64,000 nucleotides of DNA, from the sequence record OP079919.1. The stretch is one strand, 5' to 3'. Shown here piece by piece: positions 18,170 to 26,615 of the stretch (position 1 is its first letter; the number at the start of each line of letters is the position of its first letter). Both the position numbers and the translations under genes were made by a program. The notes beneath the pieces were generated by a model. That model saw only the letters and a program-made list of their open reading frames with translations, ran no database searches and had not been told where the DNA came from.

Positions 18170-18800
18170 TCAACCTAAGCGTTGAACGGGCAGTTAGGGG
18201 CAATGGTCCCCGAGGTCTTCAGCTTCTTCGCCTGCCCGCACTAAAAAGTTCTTTCATGATTAGGCGTGCCGCGCTCTACGAGCGGACAACAAGCAACCGA
18301 AAGTGGGAGAGAAAGAAGCGTGTCCGGTCGCTTGCCGGAAAGTTGGTTCAGGCGGGTTTCTTCCCAACCCAAACGACGCTGCCCAAGATAGGGCTGCAAG
18401 TCGTATTAGCGTATTATACCGGTATGCGGGGTTTCTGCGATAAACCGGGTTAGCTACGGGTAAGAAACCGGCCGGAGTAATCAGCCTTTCGTATTCGGGT
18501 AACGTGAGTTATCGTAGAGATATCTCTGAGGGTTAGGCCAACCCCCGACGTTCTTCGAGTACGAAGGGAAGCTTGCTCAGCTTCGTAGAAACTCCAAAAT
18601 CTCAGACGGTCACACCTCGCAATCTTACGGCAGTATGATTGCCTATTCGTCCTTTGTCGCTCACCAAGGGGCGAGTAGGAAACCTCTGCCACGGCGTTTC
18701 GATTGTTTGCCTTTGCCATAACCCTCCTGTATAGGTTGAGTGTTAACTTCCCCAAGAGTATAACCTGTTATCTCTCTCTTCGTGAGGAGTCGGAGATAAT
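18165..18800 (+). ncRNA. Putative large structured ncRNA downstream of the hammerhead cut
   Basis: No credible ORF, GC-richer than flanks, continuous nested helices and GNRA-capped hairpins (see findings). Confidence 0.6.
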
Positions 18801-18824
18801 GGGATAAATTCTTAGGAGTTCGTT

Positions 18825-19013
18825 ATGTACACATACCAGTATACCGTGCGATACCGAATACCTAATTCTGTGTTTACGACTTACAGCGGAGAAATTACTT
18901 CTGACTGTTTGCTCAATAACGCTAATCGCATTTTTGATGTCTTGCGTACTGAAGTTCTTAAAGCTGTTAACGTTAACTCGTTTAGCATTACGAACTTTAA
19001 GCTGAAAGAATAA
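18825..19013 (+). CDS. Small hypothetical protein, 62 aa
   Basis: TTAGGAG SD 6 nt before ATG; sits between two structured non-coding blocks. Confidence 0.6.
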   Translation: MYTYQYTVRYRIPNSVFTTYSGEITSDCLLNNANRIFDVLRTEVLKAVNVNSFSITNFKLKE

Positions 19014-19183
19014 GTCGAGCTACGCGCTCAACCTACCTTAGGGCCGGAAGTAGTTACGACTTAGGGGGAAAGAAGAGTCGTGCCTTTGAGTACCCCAACC
19101 CCATTCGTGTGGTGATCTTCCACATCATCCCATGGATAATGCTGCATCATCATCATTAAAGTTCTACCATGAATTTTATTCCT

Positions 19184-19215
19184 TCCAGTAGGGTTCGTCC
19201 CTACTGGACTTTTTT
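19184..19215 (+). terminator. Rho-independent terminator upstream of phuZ
   Basis: TCCAGTAGGG-TTCGT-CCCTACTGGA followed by CTTTTTT. Confidence 0.8.
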
Positions 19216-19274
19216 CGCGTTTTATTTATCGGCACATATAAGGTTATAGAGGAACTAGATTTTTTGAGTTCTAA

Positions 19275-19288
19275 ATTATGGTAATGTA
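19275..19288 (+). promoter_or_regulatory. Candidate early promoter for phuZ (ATTAT-GGTAA-TGTA)
   Basis: Same ATTAT-N5-TGTA spacing as 9369 and 31742. Confidence 0.5.
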
Positions 19289-19346
19289 AAGCAAAAGATA
19301 ATGCTTTCCATTCCAACTATCATAATTTCTTTTAGGAGTTTCATCT

Positions 19347-20309
19347 ATGAGCACATTACGTGTTTACGCGTGCGGCGGTACCGGTATTAATATTGCGTCT
19401 AAATGGATTGCCACCGGTGCGAATACGCTTATTCGTAAAGCCCAGTTCATTGGACTGGATAGCAGTGAAAACAACAAACCGTATAACGACGCCTTTAAGG
19501 TCGAACGTCCTGAAGGAACTCGTGGCGGTGGCAAAGAACGTAAGCTGATCGGTAAAATCGCTGCTGGGTTTATTGACAGTATTTTGACCAAACATAAACC
19601 GGGCGATTTCAACCTGATCATCATGAACGCGGCTGGCGCTACCGGGAGTACGTTCGGCCCGACTCTGATCAACCGTCTCCTCACCCAGGGCGTTCCGGTC
19701 ATTGCGTTGGTCGTAGGTGACCTGACTTCTGAACTGGAAAACTACAACACGGTTAAAACGTTTGAAAGCCTGGACAACCAGCGCATCAATCTGAACGTGC
19801 CGGTTATCATCGACTACGTGGACAACGCCAAATATCCCAGCCGTGGATTGGCCGACAAATATGCCATCGGCCGTCTTGATATCCTGAGCCTGTTCTTAAC
19901 CGACGAACACGAAGAAAGCGATTTCCAAGACATCCGGAACCTGTTCTATTACAACCAGGTTACCAAGGCGGCGCCTACTCTTGCTCGTATCGACTTCTTG
20001 ACCGATACTCAGTTAGACAACGTTACTCCGGGGCTGGTTGCTGAATTTGGTTTGTATCGTAAAGCGGACGATATCGGTAGCCATATTAAAAATCTGGCAT
20101 ACCGTTCGACCGGCGTTATTCAGGAAGGTAGCACTAACTTCCCGGCTGGAATAGAACATCTCCACATGGTCTTTGACCACGATGCGACGATTAAAGATAT
20201 CTTGGTTCTGGTCCAGGATCTTAAAGATATTGAGATCCAAAATAACGAACGTTTTAAATCCGCTCAGCAGGTTGGAAACGGCGGCGATGATTCTGGAATG
20301 TCCTACTAA
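19347..20309 (+). CDS. phuZ: Phage tubulin PhuZ
   Basis: N-terminal VYACGGTGINI nucleotide-binding loop, AAGATGS tubulin signature, 320 aa, short acidic C-tail. Confidence 0.92.
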   Translation: MSTLRVYACGGTGINIASKWIATGANTLIRKAQFIGLDSSENNKPYNDAFKVERPEGTRGGGKERKLIGKIAAGFIDSILTKHKPGDFNLIIMNAAGATGSTFGPTLINRLLTQGVPVIALVVGDLTSELENYNTVKTFESLDNQRINLNVPVIIDYVDNAKYPSRGLADKYAIGRLDILSLFLTDEHEESDFQDIRNLFYYNQVTKAAPTLARIDFLTDTQLDNVTPGLVAEFGLYRKADDIGSHIKNLAYRSTGVIQEGSTNFPAGIEHLHMVFDHDATIKDILVLVQDLKDIEIQNNERFKSAQQVGNGGDDSGMSY

Positions 20310-20318
20310 GTAAAACAA

Positions 20319-20353
20319 TACTGCTACAGCCCTTCTATGGGGCTGTAGCAGTA
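20319..20353 (+). terminator. phuZ terminator
   Basis: 14-bp stem TACTGCTACAGCCC / GGGCTGTAGCAGTA plus T-rich tail. Confidence 0.8.
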
Positions 20354-20423
20354 GTTCTTTATTTTTTGCATCTATCTATAGGTCTAACTAAAAAACCGCC
20401 TATAAACCTTTACAGGAAGCTTT

Positions 20424-20729
20424 ATGATAAAAACAACCAGAGTGGTTAAAACGTTGAGTTTTCGCGAATATCATTCTGTGATACTTAATGTCGATAGTAA
20501 CGTTGCTACAGCAGAAAGGTTGCTCCTCAAGGAGGCTTTAATCGAACACGGTTATCAGATCGACGACGGTTTACCTGAGAGCTATCCTCTTTATCCAGAA
20601 TCACTAAGGGAATTCAGAGATATGTTGAAGGCCAGTATCGAACACATAACTTTGGGGATTCCCACAAACGCCAAGGTCGAATATATCAGTCCTACTCTTG
20701 GACTCTTCAATATCATTTTTACTTACTAA
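20424..20729 (+). CDS. Hypothetical protein
   Basis: 101 aa, AGGA SD, first of the operon between phuZ and the polymerase. Confidence 0.6.
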   Translation: MIKTTRVVKTLSFREYHSVILNVDSNVATAERLLLKEALIEHGYQIDDGLPESYPLYPESLREFRDMLKASIEHITLGIPTNAKVEYISPTLGLFNIIFTY

Positions 20730-20745
20730 CAGCAGGTGAGCTAAT

Positions 20746-21315
20746 ATGTACTCAGTGGGATCAGAATGGCTTAAGGACCAAATTTTAACATTTGGTTATT
20801 CGGTAGGAGAAACGTCTGATGGAGATCCTAAGCAGTTAACAAGTTTTATCCGACCTATTGTGGATGGTGTGGTCGAGGCATTGAATGCTGACGACCCTGA
20901 CGACATCTGGGATATCATCAGACGTTTTGAGCGGGCAATGTCAGGCAATTATGCTGTCGAGTCTATCTTCGACTTTCTTACCACCAATGTAAGAAAATTG
21001 GCTAAGCGATCTGGTTACGACCCCAGGGTGAAGTTTAGAGTCAGAGAAGTCAGAGTCGGGCACCGGATAAATTTTGTTTTTGAAATGGACCTCGACGCAA
21101 CAATAGCCGCGGTTAATTCCCTCAATCAAGAAATGCTGGAAGAAGATCTCGATGAAATTGTTTCCGATCACCCAGGAGTTGACGTACTTCAAAAACTTGA
21201 AAACGTTAGGAAAAGGGAACTACAAGAAAAACTTAATTCCTTTACACGAAATGTACTCGGAGTTCGTGTCGTACCAGCGGGAGCTAGCAGACGTTACCTT
21301 AATAAAGGAGTCTGA
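20746..21315 (+). CDS. Hypothetical protein
   Basis: 189 aa ORF in the operon. Confidence 0.6.
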   Translation: MYSVGSEWLKDQILTFGYSVGETSDGDPKQLTSFIRPIVDGVVEALNADDPDDIWDIIRRFERAMSGNYAVESIFDFLTTNVRKLAKRSGYDPRVKFRVREVRVGHRINFVFEMDLDATIAAVNSLNQEMLEEDLDEIVSDHPGVDVLQKLENVRKRELQEKLNSFTRNVLGVRVVPAGASRRYLNKGV

Positions 21316-21688
21316 TCTAGAAATCGTTTTTGGCGGATTGATACAGTACGTTATGGATGAGTTCCCCTTATCTGTTCGGTGTATAACTTTTGATCAAACT
21401 TCTTTCGATAAAAGGATAGCGAGAAAACATTATTCCTCGGAAGTACTTGAGGAAATATTGGATGCAATGAAATGTGTAATAGCTAAACATATTTATGCGC
21501 TCACTCCTAACACTTTGATTAGAAAGCCCGTGTTTTATCATCTGATTAATACTCGCGTATTGGTGATCCATATAAGTGATTACGATCTAAGAGAGCCTGA
21601 CAATGCATCGTATCCTCGTTCCAGTAAAACCCATCGCGGACGCAATGACGACCTTCCAACTCCCCGAGATTGGCGCGATGACACATAA
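21251..21688 (+). CDS. Hypothetical protein
   Basis: Track ORF 21152-21688; later in-frame ATG chosen to reduce overlap; start uncertain. Confidence 0.5.
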   Translation: MYSEFVSYQRELADVTLIKESDLEIVFGGLIQYVMDEFPLSVRCITFDQTSFDKRIARKHYSSEVLEEILDAMKCVIAKHIYALTPNTLIRKPVFYHLINTRVLVIHISDYDLREPDNASYPRSSKTHRGRNDDLPTPRDWRDDT

Positions 21689-21971
21689 CCAGTTATTAGA
21701 AATGATTGTGAAATTGAGCTTAGAAGCTCGTTTTAAATCTTACGGGCTTTCTGGTGCGATTGATATCATCAAGGATTTAATCTACGCGTTTAAACCGAAG
21801 GATTCAGTCCCAGACATTCTATTGGGTTTTTATCTCCTCCCGGGAATGGTCGCATTAACGGAAGAAATGACTGCGATTGAGAAAGCCAGGGATGTTTTCG
21901 GATGGGACCTTTATTGCCCTAACATGAAGTCACAACATATCGTCGTCTATGCGGGAGAACCACGTGCCTAA
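21603..21971 (+). CDS. Hypothetical protein
   Basis: 122 aa, overlapping-gene run. Confidence 0.55.
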   Translation: MHRILVPVKPIADAMTTFQLPEIGAMTHNQLLEMIVKLSLEARFKSYGLSGAIDIIKDLIYAFKPKDSVPDILLGFYLLPGMVALTEEMTAIEKARDVFGWDLYCPNMKSQHIVVYAGEPRA

Positions 21972-22296
21972 GATAACTATTCAACTTGCAATACCGCCGG
22001 GAACCGATGTGGAAGGATTTGTTTCTGCATATGGCAGTCTCTTAAGAGCACATCGGATTAAATGTAACATCCCTAGTCAGGATGTTCAGCTTAACCATCC
22101 GTTGGAAGAAGCCCGGGAACAAATTCTGGGAGACTTCCAACGTACCAACTCCCAGCTTCAGTCGATCAGCGCTAAATACGCAGACGTCTCTGTGTCCAAT
22201 GTTCTTTCAGACGGGCGCAAGATGACTATCATTTTAGCGTGCGACAGACCCAATAGTGAGTTCATCAATGCGGATTTCTCACACCAGTCTCAATGA
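21949..22296 (+). CDS. Hypothetical protein
   Basis: 115 aa, overlapping-gene run. Confidence 0.5.
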   Translation: MRENHVPKITIQLAIPPGTDVEGFVSAYGSLLRAHRIKCNIPSQDVQLNHPLEEAREQILGDFQRTNSQLQSISAKYADVSVSNVLSDGRKMTIILACDRPNSEFINADFSHQSQ

Positions 22297-22585
22297 AGAA
22301 GCTTTCCTGGAGGCCATCAAACAAATTTATTTGAGAGATGACCCCCTTCCTTCTGATCAGACAATTTACGAAGTCGTTTCCGAATGGGTTGATGATCTCT
22401 TTCAAAATGGTCATGTGGAAGAAGATGTCATTGATCTTTTTCTGGACGGACTCCCACCTACAGAGCTTTTGAAATCTGTAACGGTGCATCCTCTTTTTAG
22501 GAAGCGGGTGGTTTATTCCGTTAATCCTTTAAATGGTATGACTGAAACTGTGGGCTTCCCCTTAATCATTCTGGAGTACGTATGA
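22256..22585 (+). CDS. Hypothetical acidic protein
   Basis: 109 aa; stop overlaps the next ATG. Confidence 0.55.
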   Translation: MSSSMRISHTSLNEEAFLEAIKQIYLRDDPLPSDQTIYEVVSEWVDDLFQNGHVEEDVIDLFLDGLPPTELLKSVTVHPLFRKRVVYSVNPLNGMTETVGFPLIILEYV

Positions 22586-22995
22586 CCATTAGTGTGAAGA
22601 ACGGGGATATTGTTAGTTTTTCCCTGGTACAAGCAAACATCATCAACAACGATTACACCAACGTAACTGTGTTAGGTCACGTAATGTTCGATGTTGCTCG
22701 AGGGCACGATCCTGAGCTCCGCAATAAACATTACAATCTTTATCCGTACTTCAAGGATAAAGTTAATAATGTGGACGATCCCAATTACGCTGACGGTTAT
22801 TTGGTCTTAAAGTTAGCCAATGGCGCACTCAGTCCCATTGGGATCCCTTGGATCAACGAAGATACCTTTGAGGTCATCAGCGGAGAAACCCGTGTTTACA
22901 CATTCCCTACCTGGAAAAGTAAATATGAGTCAAGTCTGCATGAGCTCTTGGCTAACCTCGGCGCCGAATATTCTTATACCAGTACTAAAAAATAA
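22582..22995 (+). CDS. Conserved protein preceding DNA polymerase (phiKZ gp49-like by synteny)
   Basis: 137 aa, GGAG SD, SH3-like N-terminus (VKNGDIVSF). Confidence 0.55.
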   Translation: MTISVKNGDIVSFSLVQANIINNDYTNVTVLGHVMFDVARGHDPELRNKHYNLYPYFKDKVNNVDDPNYADGYLVLKLANGALSPIGIPWINEDTFEVISGETRVYTFPTWKSKYESSLHELLANLGAEYSYTSTKK

Positions 22996-22998
22996 ACC

Positions 22999-23030
22999 GT
23001 TACTCTCATCCCTAATGGGATGAGAGTAAC
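22999..23030 (+). terminator. Terminator hairpin
   Basis: 14-bp perfect stem GTTACTCTCATCCC / GGGATGAGAGTAAC, T-rich tail. Confidence 0.8.
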
Positions 23031-23114
23031 CTCTTTTATTATTATTTTTTTATTGCCGTTCCTTTTTATTAGACGAAAACAATTTTAAATTTTAAAGTGA
23101 AACGGAGCTTAAAG

Positions 23115-25199
23115 ATGACTGAGACTTTTTTAAGTCCGTTTGTTGATGACGATTACAGTGCCGATAGGAATATCGTTAAACACTATCATGAACAAATGGC
23201 TTTGTATCTTGGTAAAAAGCGCAATGAAGATCCTAAAGCTATTTACGAAGTACTTTCTAAACACATCCAGCCCAATCAAAACGGCTATAAAGATCGTCGT
23301 ATGCAGGTTTTAGTAAAAAACAAGTACGGCGATAGAGAAGTTAAAGTCATGACGGCATCTAATTTCTTTAATGAAGTTAGACGTCAGAACTGTCATCTCA
23401 GTCCCAGTATGGTTGCTTACAAGAACACTGAAGAAGAGCAATCCGTTAATGCAATCGGGACAGAAAAATTTCTTAGCCTTCGGTCCCACTATAAAGGGTT
23501 AAAACAAAAGGCCAGTGACGAAGGTGATGAATGGGGTAAGAAGGCTTTCCACGAAATTCAAAACGCCTTGAAAATATTCAACAACGCCCAATCAGGCGCA
23601 ATGTCATCCCGTGGGACTCCTCTTGTTAATAAGTCAGGTCATACTGCTCTGACTAGTGCTTGCCGTGCTTTGACCAGTACCGCTAACATGTGTAATGAAA
23701 AGTTATTGGTCGGTAACCGATTCTTTAACTCGTACGAGCGAACGATGGAGAACTTACTGTCGTTGCTCTCAGTTACTGACATTAAGCGAATGGACGAAGT
23801 CATCAAGAAACTGAAGATGAACTACGCGACCATAGACCAGGTTATGGAAATGGTCAAACGTTGTTCTCGTCGGTATTGGAGAGACGTTAAACAACTCGGC
23901 TACATTAAAGAGTTTTTGGAGCAACTTCGTCCGGTTGAATTAACGGCTTTGCTTTGCAATATGGATATCGAGGGATTGAGGGTTACGAATAAAGAAATCC
24001 TTTATAAATTCTTTGATGACTTCTCTCATATACCGGAAGTTCCAGAAGGCGCTAAGGCTGAAGATTATACTCCGCCTGATAACGGAGACCGATACACGCT
24101 TTGTGTGTCTAAACTCTTAGCGAAACCAAGCAAAGTTCAGTTAAACTTTTTAAACCAGTATCATCTGGAAATGGAACATAAGTGGAAAGACTTTATTGAA
24201 GTCTTCTTTAAATGCTCCATTCCTCCATCGGGCATTTATGAAATCAGGGATATGATCCGAGAGGTAGTTCAAACCTCAGATACCGATTCCTCGATTTACA
24301 CCGTAGATAAAGTCGTAGAGGATTACACCGACGAAAAAGGACAATCGTTGAGATTGAATGGGGTTCTTACTTACTTCATTCGAATGATAGCGGTTCATCA
24401 GCACGCTCAGTTAAGTGAAAACATGAACGTTGCTAAACGCTACCGTAATCGTCTGACGATGAAGAACGAGTACTTGTTTGGAGGATATGTTACAACATTA
24501 ATGTCAAAACACTATTTTGCCACACAGCTGATGGTAGAAGGGGTATTGAATAAAAATGTTGAAATGGAAATTAAGGGTGTTCACTTAAGGAGTTCTAAAG
24601 TAGCTCATGAGATAAAGGATTTTGCACACAAACTCATGAGGGAGATATTGGATTGTATCTATGACAAACGTCAGATGGATGCAGCCGATATTCTCTTTAG
24701 AGCAGCAGAGTTAGAAAGGGCCATCATTAAGGATATCAACGAAGGCCAATGGGGTTGGCTAACACGCAACACGATAAAGAGTGACGACGTGTACACATTG
24801 CCGGATCAATCAGTGTATCAATACCACTTACTCTGGGAGGAAGTGTTCTCCCCTAAATACGGACACGCTCCACCACCACCCTATTCTGCTATGAAAGTTA
24901 ACCTTGATTTAGGTAATAAAGGTAAGGTCGAAGAGTTTTGTAAGAATCTGGAAGATAGAGAACTTGCAAATCGTTTATTAGATTTCTTCGTTAAGAAAGA
25001 GAAAAAAGAAATCAGTACGTTCTTTGTTCCTGCTGACGTATTACCAAGATTAGGCAAGTTACCCGATGAAGTTATTAAAGCCGCGGATATCCGACAGATC
25101 ATTAAACAGAACTTAAAATCCGTTTATGCTGTGTTGGAAGCCTGTGGGCTGTATATTGTTAACGATAAAATAACGCGTTTAATTAGTGACGAACACTAA
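23115..25199 (+). CDS. Family B DNA polymerase, polymerase-domain subunit (phiKZ gp50-like)
   Basis: Motif B QNALKIFNNAQSG, motif C SDTDS, KNEY, KHY and KGV motifs; GGAG SD before ATG 23115. Confidence 0.85.
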   Translation: MTETFLSPFVDDDYSADRNIVKHYHEQMALYLGKKRNEDPKAIYEVLSKHIQPNQNGYKDRRMQVLVKNKYGDREVKVMTASNFFNEVRRQNCHLSPSMVAYKNTEEEQSVNAIGTEKFLSLRSHYKGLKQKASDEGDEWGKKAFHEIQNALKIFNNAQSGAMSSRGTPLVNKSGHTALTSACRALTSTANMCNEKLLVGNRFFNSYERTMENLLSLLSVTDIKRMDEVIKKLKMNYATIDQVMEMVKRCSRRYWRDVKQLGYIKEFLEQLRPVELTALLCNMDIEGLRVTNKEILYKFFDDFSHIPEVPEGAKAEDYTPPDNGDRYTLCVSKLLAKPSKVQLNFLNQYHLEMEHKWKDFIEVFFKCSIPPSGIYEIRDMIREVVQTSDTDSSIYTVDKVVEDYTDEKGQSLRLNGVLTYFIRMIAVHQHAQLSENMNVAKRYRNRLTMKNEYLFGGYVTTLMSKHYFATQLMVEGVLNKNVEMEIKGVHLRSSKVAHEIKDFAHKLMREILDCIYDKRQMDAADILFRAAELERAIIKDINEGQWGWLTRNTIKSDDVYTLPDQSVYQYHLLWEEVFSPKYGHAPPPPYSAMKVNLDLGNKGKVEEFCKNLEDRELANRLLDFFVKKEKKEISTFFVPADVLPRLGKLPDEVIKAADIRQIIKQNLKSVYAVLEACGLYIVNDKITRLISDEH

Positions 25200-25205
25200 G
25201 CAGTA

Positions 25206-25239
25206 AATACTTTCGCTCCTTTACGGGAGCGAGAGTATT
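25206..25239. terminator. Bidirectional terminator
   Basis: AATACTTTCGCTCC / GGAGCGAGAGTATT between convergent genes. Confidence 0.75.
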
Positions 25240-25244
25240 AGCGG

Positions 25245-26357
25245 TTACCGAGATAATTTATTTTGTTTTAACATGGCGGTGACTTGTTCTAAGTATTGTA
25301 CTTGTAACGGCCCCGGAATGAAATGTTTAATCATCCCTTTAATATCTTGCTTGGACCAAACATCGATATGACCATTCACCGTCCCCATTGCGTTGAAGCT
25401 TTTATTATTGAGTGCCAAACTAAGCGTCAATAACTTCATTATTGGGAATTGCCAAATGGCGTTTGTTTGACTATATCGATTGTATCTCTTCGCATCTACA
25501 ATGAGAGGGTTGACATCCATCGTCATAAAGTCGCCTATTCTCTGTATGACGTGTTCAGGAGAATAGCTCGGTGTTAGCGTTAAAGTCTCGACCAAGAAGG
25601 TTAAGAATCCTTTGAGTAGTTCACCCACTGGATTGATATTGAACTCCCCCTTGACTACCGTTAATTGGTCGTCGATGTTCTCACCGTTAACTACGACGTT
25701 ATAGAGCGAATTGAATACACTCAATTGATGCTGCAAACACCTTGCGTTGATTAGAGGAGTGCCGGCTAAATAACGATGAGGATCTAATCCAGTTTCTGAT
25801 CCTTCAGCTAACCGTTCGTTAAGGTAACGCCAATACCCTATACCCAAAGCCGTGATATCCACCCCTATTACTGCAAACCCGCCATAATTCATCGGATCGT
25901 TTTTGAGAGAAGTGGTATTAGTGTAACGGATGTCCGTCTCGGTGCTAATCAGCGGGATGATGCTGCAAATGTCTCTTTCGTCTAAATCGAAATAATCATC
26001 GAGATTATCTTTAGCCGGATAAGAGACCAACATTTCAGTCAACCCATTCGCGTACATCACGTTTTGTTTTACGACACCTTTATTGTATATAGACGTGATT
26101 CCGATAGTCGACGCCCAACTATCTACTTGCATCTCGATCATTGCTTTAAGGTAGGTGGGATCCCATTCAGGTTGAATGTTCATTAATGAAAGTAACTGAA
26201 CCAAAGGATGTTGGTTCTGTAAAACGTAGGTGGTATTGTCGTTCCGTGCGATCCACTGATTACGATTAAAATCCAAGATACGTATTACATTACTGAGCCT
26301 ACCATATTTATAGACGGCAGGACGATGATCGGTTGTTATTAATTTTAAAGGTTTCAT
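25245..26357 (-). CDS. Conserved protein (phiKZ gp52-like by synteny)
   Basis: 370 aa, AGGA SD, antisense gene between polymerase and chimallin; TATG upstream at 26393-96. Confidence 0.55.
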   Translation of the reverse strand: MKPLKLITTDHRPAVYKYGRLSNVIRILDFNRNQWIARNDNTTYVLQNQHPLVQLLSLMNIQPEWDPTYLKAMIEMQVDSWASTIGITSIYNKGVVKQNVMYANGLTEMLVSYPAKDNLDDYFDLDERDICSIIPLISTETDIRYTNTTSLKNDPMNYGGFAVIGVDITALGIGYWRYLNERLAEGSETGLDPHRYLAGTPLINARCLQHQLSVFNSLYNVVVNGENIDDQLTVVKGEFNINPVGELLKGFLTFLVETLTLTPSYSPEHVIQRIGDFMTMDVNPLIVDAKRYNRYSQTNAIWQFPIMKLLTLSLALNNKSFNAMGTVNGHIDVWSKQDIKGMIKHFIPGPLQVQYLEQVTAMLKQNKLSR

Positions 26358-26615
26358 TGTAGTCCTGTTAGTAACTCAGTATTATGTTATTACATATATC
26401 TATTATATGTAAACAAACACACCTCTCCGAAAGGAGGGGAGACCAATGCCGCGGAGTAAAAATCCGTTAAGCATAAAATCGATCAGTTTTTACCACCCCT
26501 AAATAATTTCAGACCGATATTATTTAGGTAGATAAACAACACAAATGTTTATCTGTTTTGATCAAACTAAATAACATCCCCTTTATAAAAAGCTAATAGC
26601 TATTAGGAGTTAAGA

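Noticed and set aside
18256-18755. ORFs 18256-18453 (+) and 18450-18755 (-) as protein genes
   Set aside because: No SD, atypical codon use and Arg-rich composition; the region is better explained by RNA helices.
18165-18800. Group I/II intron, RNase P RNA, tmRNA or HDV-like ribozyme
   Set aside because: No P7 or R/S elements, no GUGCG or domain V, no GAGGAAAGUCC, no tRNA-like ends, no workable nested double pseudoknot; it also does not interrupt a gene.
19033-19062. Pistol ribozyme suggested by TTAGGGC...AAGTAG
   Set aside because: P1 is weak and the complementary GCCCTAA strand is absent downstream.
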